From: Candidatus Oxydemutator sp.
GTDB taxonomy: Bacteria > Pseudomonadota > Gammaproteobacteria > Poriferisulfidales > Oxydemutatoraceae
Assembly: GCA_965203445.1 (NCBI GenBank)
Contig: OZ241883.1
Span: forward strand, 2,304,001 to 2,368,000
Length of the DNA: 64,000 bases
Reading direction: 5' to 3'
Part shown: positions 11,660 to 20,712 of the stretch, one piece after another
Position numbering within the stretch: position 1 is the stretch's first letter
Layout: every line of letters begins with the position of its first letter
Position numbers and translations under genes: made by a program
Notes under the pieces: model-generated
The model's database searches: none
The model's input: only the letters and a program-made list of their open reading frames with translations
Told to the model about the DNA's origin: nothing

Positions 11660-11708
11660 CTCCACTGGAACACCACAATACTACATTAAAAACCATAAAT
11701 CACCACCT
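11660..11708 (-). promoter_or_regulatory. Putative MraZ operator (GTGG-like repeats at ~10-bp period)
   Basis: Plus-strand CCAC/CTAC/CCAT at 11662, 11673, 11681, 11693 and 11703, in an AT-rich tract directly upstream of mraZ. Confidence 0.6.
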
Positions 11709-11800
11709 TTTTTCAAGAATACCGGCCCCCTCCCCCGGAGCAGGGCCGGCAAAAGCCAAAGAAATATATGAATAACAGCAGTTTAGATAAGTCGACGCAG

Positions 11801-13234
11801 CTACCCGGTCGCGGGCTGGCCCCCTTGTGCCTGCACGTTGCGTTCCGTGCCGTACCATTGGAGTTTGTCGTGTAGTCGGACGACTTCGCCTACGATCAGC
11901 AGCGTCGGGGCGGCTATTTGCCGGGTTTTTGTCAGCGCGGGCAGGGTGGACAAGTCGCCTAACAGCACGCGCTGGTCGGGTAGCGTGCCGCGCGTGACCA
12001 ATGCGGCCGGGGTGCGCGGCGGCAGGCCGTGGCCCATCAGGCGCGCGCAAATCCCCTCCAGGCCCACGAAGCCCATGTAAAACACCAACGTCTGCGACGG
12101 ACGCGCGAGCATTTCCCAGTCGAGGCCGGCGTCGCGGTCCTTGCGGTGGCCGGTGGCGAAGATACAGGCGTGGGCGTAGTCGCGGTGCGTCAGCGGAATG
12201 CCCGCGTACGCGGCGCAGCCGAGCGCCGCGGTGATGCCGGGCACCACCTGGAACGGGATGCCGCGCTCCATCAGCGTCTCGATCTCCTCGCCGCCGCGCC
12301 CGAACACGAACGGATCGCCGCCCTTCAGGCGCAGCACCTTTTTGCCCCGCGACGCGAAGCGCACGAGCAGTTCGTTGATCCGCTCCTGCGGCATCGTGTG
12401 GCGCGCGCGCTCCTTGCCGGCGTAGATTTTCTCGACGTCGTCGCGCAGCAGTCTCAGGATCGAGTCCGAGACCAGACGGTCGTAGAGCACGACGTCGGCC
12501 CGTTGCATCAGGCGCAACGCCTTGACCGTCAGCAGATCGGGATCGCCGGGGCCGGAACCGACCAGGTAGATCTCGCCGACGGGCGCGGTGTCGCCGGCGC
12601 ACAACAGCGTCTCGAGCTCGGCCTCGGCCTGGTCGTAGCGACCGGCGAAAATCTGATCGGCGACGCGCCCGCGCAGCACCTTGTCCCAGAAACGGCGGCG
12701 CTCGCGCGGCGCGGCGAAGCGTTGTTTGACGCGCGGGCGGTAACGCGCCGCGAGTTCGGCGAGACGCCCGTAGGCCGACGGTATGCAGCCGGACAGGTAC
12801 GCCTTCAGCAGCCGCGCGAGCAGCGGCGACACGCCCTCGGTCGAGATCGCGACGCGAATCGGCGCGCGGTTGATCAGCGACGGGAAAATGACGTCGCCCA
12901 AACGCGGTTCGTCGGCGACGTTGATCGGCACGCCGGCGGCGCGACACGCCTCGGCTATACGACGGTTGACGCCGGCGTCGTCGGTGGCGGCGACGACCAG
13001 CGCGCGGCCCTCGAGGTCGGCGCGCACGAACCGGCGGCGCTCCACTCGGCACGCCGCGCGCGACGCCGCGGTCTCGACGGCCTCGCGCATGGGGCGCGAA
13101 ATCGAGGGGGCTACGACGGTCACGCGCATGCCGCCCTCGAGCAGGCGGCGCGCCTTGCGCGCGGCGACCTCGCCGGCGCCGACGACCAGCGCGGGACGCC
13201 CTTTCATCTTCAGGAAGAACGGCAGGTAGTCCAC
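11801..13234 (-). CDS. cysG: Siroheme synthase (precorrin-2 dehydrogenase/ferrochelatase plus uroporphyrinogen-III C-methyltransferase)
   Basis: MDYLPFF...VVGAGEVAARK N-domain, GSGPGDPDLLT, RLKGGDPFVFGRGGEE and VPGITAA motifs. Confidence 0.96.
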   Translation of the reverse strand: MDYLPFFLKMKGRPALVVGAGEVAARKARRLLEGGMRVTVVAPSISRPMREAVETAASRAACRVERRRFVRADLEGRALVVAATDDAGVNRRIAEACRAAGVPINVADEPRLGDVIFPSLINRAPIRVAISTEGVSPLLARLLKAYLSGCIPSAYGRLAELAARYRPRVKQRFAAPRERRRFWDKVLRGRVADQIFAGRYDQAEAELETLLCAGDTAPVGEIYLVGSGPGDPDLLTVKALRLMQRADVVLYDRLVSDSILRLLRDDVEKIYAGKERARHTMPQERINELLVRFASRGKKVLRLKGGDPFVFGRGGEEIETLMERGIPFQVVPGITAALGCAAYAGIPLTHRDYAHACIFATGHRKDRDAGLDWEMLARPSQTLVFYMGFVGLEGICARLMGHGLPPRTPAALVTRGTLPDQRVLLGDLSTLPALTKTRQIAAPTLLIVGEVVRLHDKLQWYGTERNVQAQGGQPATG

Positions 13235-13256
13235 GGCGGCGGCGCCACGACGCGCG

Positions 13257-13730
13257 TCACAAAAGGCGCGCGAGCACGACCGCGTCCTCGCGCCCGTGGC
13301 TGGACGGGTAATAGTTCCTGCGCCGGCCTATGCGACGGAAGCCTTCGGACAAGTACAGCTGCATCGCCGGCGGGTTGCTGACGCTGACTTCGAGGATCGC
13401 GCGCACGACGCCGCGCGAGACGGCGATGCCCAACATCCGCCGCAGCAGGTCGCGGCCGTGGCCGAGGCGCTGGAAACGCGGGTCTATGCACAGATTCAAC
13501 AGGTGACATTCGCCGGCACCGACGTCCATCAGGGCGTAACCGATGATCCCGCGGCGGCGCCCGAGCACGCGGCACTCGCAACCGGCGCCGATGCAGTCGA
13601 CAAACACGCCGTGCCCCCACGGCTTCTCGTAGGCGCGCCGTTCGATCGCCTGCACCGCGTCGAGATCGCACGCACGCATCAATCGCAGCGGCGGCGCGGC
13701 GCGCGCCGCGTCTTTCGGCGACGCGCTCAC
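13257..13730 (-). CDS. rimI: Ribosomal protein S18 N-acetyltransferase (GNAT)
   Basis: IERRAYEKPW, HLLNLCI, FQRLGHG, LEVSVSN and GRRRNYY...EDA motifs. Start at GTG 13730, overlapping the UDG stop. Confidence 0.9.
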   Translation of the reverse strand: MSASPKDAARAAPPLRLMRACDLDAVQAIERRAYEKPWGHGVFVDCIGAGCECRVLGRRRGIIGYALMDVGAGECHLLNLCIDPRFQRLGHGRDLLRRMLGIAVSRGVVRAILEVSVSNPPAMQLYLSEGFRRIGRRRNYYPSSHGREDAVVLARLL

Positions 13731-14521
13731 GGCAACTCCCTGCCGACCGTGCGGCACGCCAGTTGCAGGTCGTCCCACGCGGCGCGCTTTTGTTGCGGCG
13801 CACGCAGCAAGTAGGCGGGATGGTAGGTCACGACCACCGGTATCTCGGCGCCGGGCAGCGTATAGACGCGCCCGCGCATCCGGCCCACCGGCGTCTGCTC
13901 GCCCAACACCGCCGTGGCCGCGACGCCGCCGAGCAACAGAATGAGCCGCGGCCGGATCAGCTCGATCTGGCGTTGCAGGTAACCGCTGCAATGCACGACT
14001 TCCTCGGGCCTCGGGTTGCGGTTGTCGGGCGGACGGCACTTGATCACGTTGGCGATATAAACGTCGGCGCGCGCGAAGCCGATGGCCTGCAACATGCGGT
14101 CGAGCAGCTTGCCGGCGCGCCCGACGAAAGGCTCGCCGCGCTTGTCCTCCTCGAAACCGGGCGCCTCGCCGATCAGCATCCACTCGGCGGCGCGCGCACC
14201 GACGCCGAACACGGTCTGCGTGCGCGTCTCGCACAGGGCGCAACGGCGACAGGCGCGAACTTCCGCTTCGAGCGATTGCCAGGGGCCGTCGCCGGGCGCG
14301 CCCGCGGCGGCGGGTGCCGCCACCGGTGGCGGCGTCGTTTGCGCGCCGACCGCGGGCGCGGCCGCGGGTGGCACCGCGCCGGAAGCGGGGAACTCGTCGG
14401 GGTGCTCACCGGGAGACTCTCCGGGAGAGTCGCCCACGCGCGGCCGCCGGCGCCCGCGACGCGCGTACACCTGCACGCCGATGCGTTCCAGGTACGCAAG
14501 TTTTCGCCGGCGCGCGTCCAA
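13727..14521 (-). CDS. Uracil-DNA glycosylase family 4 (4Fe-4S)
   Basis: [33 protein letters not shown] and YHPAYLLR motifs. Start approximate (TTG 14521). Confidence 0.92.
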   Translation of the reverse strand: MDARRRKLAYLERIGVQVYARRGRRRPRVGDSPGESPGEHPDEFPASGAVPPAAAPAVGAQTTPPPVAAPAAAGAPGDGPWQSLEAEVRACRRCALCETRTQTVFGVGARAAEWMLIGEAPGFEEDKRGEPFVGRAGKLLDRMLQAIGFARADVYIANVIKCRPPDNRNPRPEEVVHCSGYLQRQIELIRPRLILLLGGVAATAVLGEQTPVGRMRGRVYTLPGAEIPVVVTYHPAYLLRAPQQKRAAWDDLQLACRTVGRELP

Positions 14522-14526
14522 ACCCG

Positions 14527-16077
<1,551 letters not shown>

Positions 16078-16150
16078 CGGTTTCTCCGTCTAAGGGATTC
16101 GGTAATGACGTTTTGCGCGTACCACGCCCGCCGGCGACGATAGAATGCCG

Positions 16151-16243
16151 CTAACGCGGCAGTCGCAGTCTGAGGAGAAAGGAACGGGTGACCGCGGCGC
16201 GCGAGGAGGCGCCGAAGACGGAAGTTATGGGCCGGTGGCTCAT
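16151..16243 (-). CDS. Putative leucine-sensing leader peptide (30 aa) upstream of leuA
   Basis: MSHRPITSVFGASSRAAVTRSFLLRLRLPR*: 4 Leu in 6 codons near the end. The ATG lies 7 nt after a perfect -10 box. Confidence 0.45.
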   Translation of the reverse strand: MSHRPITSVFGASSRAAVTRSFLLRLRLPR

Positions 16244-16250
16244 GGACGGG

Positions 16251-16280
16251 ATTATAGGGCGGCACGGGGAGAAATTGCAA
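16251..16280 (-). promoter_or_regulatory. Sigma70-type promoter for leuA
   Basis: TTGCAA (16280-16275), an 18-nt spacer, then TATAAT (16256-16251) on the minus strand. Confidence 0.65.
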
Positions 16281-16363
16281 GCCGTTGTATAAGGATTCCA
16301 TTCGCGTCGGCAGCCACGGCGACGCTTTATTTTCTTTCAGCTAATGTGATGCCCGCGAAAACT

Positions 16364-19300
16364 TCATCGTCCACTTGACCGGCAAATCATCCCACGAGTG
16401 AGACCGGATGGACGCCTTAATTGCGTCAACACACGATCGAAATCAGATGAGACTAGCAATTCGTCAAGGCTGACGTTCGCGCTTGGCATATAAAACTCCG
16501 TGCCCCTAAATCTGAGAATCCTGAACGAAGCCGGATTATTTGTGGCCTGAAGCCCCAAACTGATAGCACGCCTAAGAGCCTCGTCTGCGAATTCAGCATC
16601 CGCCGATACTATCGTGCCGTCAGCATTCACGTCGCCGGTTATCATGAACAAACGGTCATTGTTACGGAACATCGGGCAGCTCCCATTATACAAATCCGCA
16701 GAGGCTCCCACCTCTCGGTAGTCTACGCAATAGTTCGCACCTGAATCACCGCAATCCGTGGACAATGGCCGCGCCGACAATATCGGCAGGTGGTTGCGAT
16801 GCTGCAACAGCAGATACACGTCCTTGTTCGGCTCTATCTCGGCGTCAAAGCGCACCCCTTGCCGAGCCAACACATCCGTCGTCGTCGTCGCATTCTCGTT
16901 CACGCCTGCTATGCTGCCGTCGGACAAAAGCAAGCCCGCCTTCACCCCGCCCGCGGGCACGCTGTCCGGATCCGCGGCGCTCGGCGCGGAACCCGTGTCC
17001 ACCACCCGCAACTCCAACAACATCCAGTCCACCACATTCGACGGCATGCCGTTGGCGTTGGCGGCGCCCTCTATACGCGGCACCGTCGTCGTCGCCGCGT
17101 GGTTCCAGGGCCTCACGTTATACGGTTGTACACGTGGCAGCGCTCGATTCAAAAACGTGCCCATGTCGCCAGTCGCGACACGATACGCTCCCTCCAGATA
17201 CACGCCCGCGGCCACCACCAGACCTCGCTCGCTGCGGATGCGGGCTTCGGCGGACGACGTTGTTCCTATTTCCGCGGGATGATCGCTGCCGCAGTTCGGG
17301 CAGTTCGTCAGGCGCAAACGAAATCGCTCGTTGCTTTCCTTCGCTACCTCGTCGGCCACAACCGACACACCCACTTCCGCGCTACCGTCCGTGCGCAACG
17401 TTATGCTCCCGGTGACCGGCAGCGCATTCAAACTCACATAGTTGGTGCCGTTGCGGTCTATCACGGTGGCTTGCCCCAGATCTCCGGCCGTCAGATCTTC
17501 GGACACGGCCGCAAGCTCATACTCCACCGTAACGGCCCGATCAGCGCCGCTGCTCAACGACACCGTGAACGTTGCGGTAGTCCCTTCCGCCACCACCGCA
17601 GGCGCCACCGCCACCGTCACCTGCTCCAGTTCGTTGGCCGCTATCGTCGTCCGCGCAACGGTGCCCGGCACCTCCAGCGTCACGTCGTCAGGCGCCCCGG
17701 TAAGCCGCGCGTTGCTCATGGTCACCTCGAAGGCCTCGTCCAGCTCGGCGACACCGTCAACGGCCACCGTCAGGGAAAACGACGCGCTGCTCCCACCCGG
17801 TGCGATAACCACGCTGCCTCTGCTGGTGCCGCCAAAATCGGCGACGCCAATTCCAGTGCCGCCCACCGACCAATCCCAACTCGCACCAATGCCCGCGGGC
17901 AAGACCCCCGGCAGACGCACCACGTAGGTCGCCGCCTCGCCTTCCGACACCGTCTTGCTGCCGCCAAGCGTCGGCGTCAGCACCACCGCGGGCTGCGCCT
18001 GCTGTTGCGACGTGCGACGCGCCTGCCTGGTATCGGTAGAACCACCAAACACCAGCACCGGGTAATCAAACACACTACCAAAATCCCACGGAGCGTCGTC
18101 GTTGTAGTCGCCGTCGCCCCCCTGATCCACGTCGTTCACGTTCAACCTGTCCCAGCCCTCGTAGATGGTGCCCGCCGCCATCGTCGGGACGCGCAACTGA
18201 GCGGAAGTCCTGGGCGCGTTGTCCATAGTTGGCTTATTGCTGCCGCAACACGCGGATTGGCCGCTGCGCCCTTCGTCAAAATAGCTTGTCTGTATCGTAC
18301 CGGCATTATAGTCCCCCACCAGACCACCGGACGGAAACCCTTGCAGGCCGTGCTGCCTGCCCAGCCTCGAGACCGCGTAGCTGGCACTGACTATGCCGCC
18401 ATTCGCAACGCCGCCTATCAAACCCCCCACGCTTTCCCCCGGCGGCCACTGATGCACCCGCACGTCCGCATAACTGGCAATCACGACACCCCCGTCCAAT
18501 CTGCCTACCAGACCGCCCAAGGCCCAACCACCGCGCACTTGCCTGCTGTCGCCCACCACGTAACACGCCGCCACCTTGCCCGCGTTGTATCCCACCAACG
18601 CGCCCGCCCCTACGCTGCTGCCGGCCATGTCCATATGCACGTTGTTCAAGCCCACGTTGCGGATCCTGCCTGTGACGCCCACGGCACCAAAAAAGCCCAC
18701 GTTATCGAACCGGTCGGCCGCATTGTTTGCGCTGCGGATCGTTATATTGCTGATGACGTGGCCGTTGCCTTCAAAAACGGCCTGGTAACGTCTGTTCGAG
18801 GGAGGAGTACCCCAAGGAGCCTGTGTAAGCCCCCCGCCTATCGGCTTCCAGTTCGGTATGCCGGACAGATCCAGGTCGGCCGATAACTCGTAGCCGGTGC
18901 ACGTGCTGGGACAGGTGCGCCTCTCGTCGAAAAAGGGAAACGCCGCCAAGTATGCATCCCTGTCGCTGACGCCGGCCAGCCCGACACCGTCCAGGTCGTA
19001 GCGTATCGCCTCCAACTGGGTCGTCGTCCTCACGTCTATCAGATTATCGTCGTCGGTGTCGTAGTCTATGCCGTCGCTGAACCCGATGGTGGTGGTTACC
19101 GCGGAATCCGCGACACCCAATACTATCCGCACTCCCGCATCCGCGACACCGCCCGCGCTCACCGAGAACCGCTCCGCGTACTCCGCGTCCCGGTCATCGA
19201 AAACATATACCGAAAACGTTGTCTTGCTGCTGCCCGCCGAGATAGTCGCGGTGCCGGTGGGGAAACCAGCGAGCCGCATTCCGGCGTCGTCGGCAAAATC

Positions 19301-20527
19301 CCCGGCCTCGGCACCGTCCTCCCCCACTGCGCCGACGCTCCAACGCACCGTCGCCGCGTAAGGCAGCGCGAAAGGCACGCGCACCGTGTACTCCACGGCC
19401 CCGTTCTCGGCCACCGTCGCGGCGCCCGTCAGCGTGACCGGCAGCGTTATCTGCGGCTGCAACAAAAACTGCCTGGCCACGTTGGCGCCGCCACCACGCA
19501 ACACCGGGTAGTCGAGAAACGTGCCGAATCTCCACGGGTCGTCGGCGGCGCCGTCTCCATCCACGTCCACGTTCCAGGCGGCGTAGATGCCGGTGTAGGT
19601 CGTCGGCATTTGCAGGACGGCGGTGTCGGTGCCGCTGCCGCCGCCGGCACCGAAGGTGAGGAAGTTATTGACGCTGACAGTCAGCCCGCTGACCTGACTG
19701 TCCCAATAACTGTCGGTCACCGTGTTTGCGCTACCCGTTCCCGCCAAGCCGCCCGCGAGTCCCGACACTCTGCGGCTTCTCGAGTAGCTCGCCCGTATCG
19801 TCGCGCCCACGGGGTTGCCGATCAGACCGCCTGAGTACGTGCCGCCATCTACGTCGCAGTCGGCGTAGCTCGCTACTGCCAGGCCGACGCTGCCGCCTGC
19901 CAAACAGCCCGCATAAATGGAACCTGTGACCTTGCCCGTTACGAAACTGCCCGCCAAGGTGGCCGAGTTATAGCCCAATATGCCACCCGTCCATGAGCCC
20001 CCGGTTACATCCGCGTTGACCAGACCAATCCCTTCTACCCTCACGCTGGCGGCATTATTGGAGAATTGCATATTGGCGAACAAGCCCACCTGTTGCACCT
20101 GGGGACGGTTGATGTACAGGTTTTCGAGGAAATAGCCGTTGCCGCGAAAAACGGCGTTGTAGCGCGCGCCGATAGGTTCCCAGCCCAGCCCGTTATTCCA
20201 ATAGAGGTCGTCGGTGCGGGTGCTGGCGCTGCCGGTGTTGAAATCCAGGTCGTTCAACAACTCGTAGCCGTTGCAGGAAGCCGCGGTGCACGTCGTCGCA
20301 AAGGCCGCGGCGTAGTTCGCAGCGTTGCCCTGGGAATCCGCGACGCCGTCGCCGTTCAAATCCCAGCGTATGGCGTTCATCTGTTGCAGCGTGGTTACGT
20401 CAATCAGACTGGAGTCGTTCTGCGTCTGCGCCGCGAGCGGTTGTGACATAAGCGCCAGCAGCAACGCGACAAAGAGCGACGTCCAGGCAAGCGATTCTGA
20501 ACGCGCGAAGCACCGGTGCACGCCCAA
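16364..20527 (-). CDS. Secreted GLUG/Calx-beta repeat surface protein, paralog 1, with C-terminal dockerin-like domain; true start probably ATG 20573 via a poly-C tract (out of frame as assembled)
   Basis: Signal peptide ...LLLALMSQPLAA|Q, two GGLVG-rich modules, three Calx-beta-like domains (DDRDAEYAERFSV, DGVAELDEAFEV), and the shared tail YLEGAY...VVDWMLLELR...HRNHL...GDVNADG. Confidence 0.85.
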   Translation of the reverse strand: MGVHRCFARSESLAWTSLFVALLLALMSQPLAAQTQNDSSLIDVTTLQQMNAIRWDLNGDGVADSQGNAANYAAAFATTCTAASCNGYELLNDLDFNTGSASTRTDDLYWNNGLGWEPIGARYNAVFRGNGYFLENLYINRPQVQQVGLFANMQFSNNAASVRVEGIGLVNADVTGGSWTGGILGYNSATLAGSFVTGKVTGSIYAGCLAGGSVGLAVASYADCDVDGGTYSGGLIGNPVGATIRASYSRSRRVSGLAGGLAGTGSANTVTDSYWDSQVSGLTVSVNNFLTFGAGGGSGTDTAVLQMPTTYTGIYAAWNVDVDGDGAADDPWRFGTFLDYPVLRGGGANVARQFLLQPQITLPVTLTGAATVAENGAVEYTVRVPFALPYAATVRWSVGAVGEDGAEAGDFADDAGMRLAGFPTGTATISAGSSKTTFSVYVFDDRDAEYAERFSVSAGGVADAGVRIVLGVADSAVTTTIGFSDGIDYDTDDDNLIDVRTTTQLEAIRYDLDGVGLAGVSDRDAYLAAFPFFDERRTCPSTCTGYELSADLDLSGIPNWKPIGGGLTQAPWGTPPSNRRYQAVFEGNGHVISNITIRSANNAADRFDNVGFFGAVGVTGRIRNVGLNNVHMDMAGSSVGAGALVGYNAGKVAACYVVGDSRQVRGGWALGGLVGRLDGGVVIASYADVRVHQWPPGESVGGLIGGVANGGIVSASYAVSRLGRQHGLQGFPSGGLVGDYNAGTIQTSYFDEGRSGQSACCGSNKPTMDNAPRTSAQLRVPTMAAGTIYEGWDRLNVNDVDQGGDGDYNDDAPWDFGSVFDYPVLVFGGSTDTRQARRTSQQQAQPAVVLTPTLGGSKTVSEGEAATYVVRLPGVLPAGIGASWDWSVGGTGIGVADFGGTSRGSVVIAPGGSSASFSLTVAVDGVAELDEAFEVTMSNARLTGAPDDVTLEVPGTVARTTIAANELEQVTVAVAPAVVAEGTTATFTVSLSSGADRAVTVEYELAAVSEDLTAGDLGQATVIDRNGTNYVSLNALPVTGSITLRTDGSAEVGVSVVADEVAKESNERFRLRLTNCPNCGSDHPAEIGTTSSAEARIRSERGLVVAAGVYLEGAYRVATGDMGTFLNRALPRVQPYNVRPWNHAATTTVPRIEGAANANGMPSNVVDWMLLELRVVDTGSAPSAADPDSVPAGGVKAGLLLSDGSIAGVNENATTTTDVLARQGVRFDAEIEPNKDVYLLLQHRNHLPILSARPLSTDCGDSGANYCVDYREVGASADLYNGSCPMFRNNDRLFMITGDVNADGTIVSADAEFADEALRRAISLGLQATNNPASFRILRFRGTEFYMPSANVSLDELLVSSDFDRVLTQLRRPSGLTRGMICRSSGR

Positions 20528-20553
20528 ACCCAGACTTCGTTTGTAACGGGATT

Positions 20554-20566
20554 GGGGGGGGGGGGG
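20554..20566 (-). repeat. Homopolymer C13 (G13 on plus), candidate phase-variation tract
   Basis: Minus strand reads ATG ACT A + C13 + AATCCCGTTAC. C12 or C15 would put ATG 20573 in frame with paralog 1. Confidence 0.8.
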
Positions 20567-20712
20567 TAGTCATTGGTTCAGCGAAGGGTGTAAGCGAACA
20601 AGCATTTTGTCATTTTGGGACAGGTTTTTGTCATCGCTATTTAACAATAATCCGAAAAAACGAAGTTCGCGCCGGCTGCTGCGGGCGCTGGCAGAAGCCT
20701 GCAAGAACTTCA
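20567..20712. repeat. Intergenic/5' cassette duplicated at 24518-24663
   Basis: Near-identical ~145 bp (tagtcattggttcagcgaagggtgtaag...gcctgcaagaacttca) upstream of paralogs 1 and 2. Confidence 0.9.

Noticed and set aside
14290-14440. Short Pro/Ala-rich repeats ([14 protein letters not shown]...) in the UDG N-terminus
   Set aside because: A low-complexity linker is common in proteobacterial family-4 UDGs, and nothing suggests a separate element.
20650-20712. Intrinsic terminator after paralogs 2 and 3 (GAAGTTC...GAACTTC-GTTTTTT)
   Set aside because: The stem is interrupted by a large bulge, so it is too weak to call without folding energies or 3'-end data.
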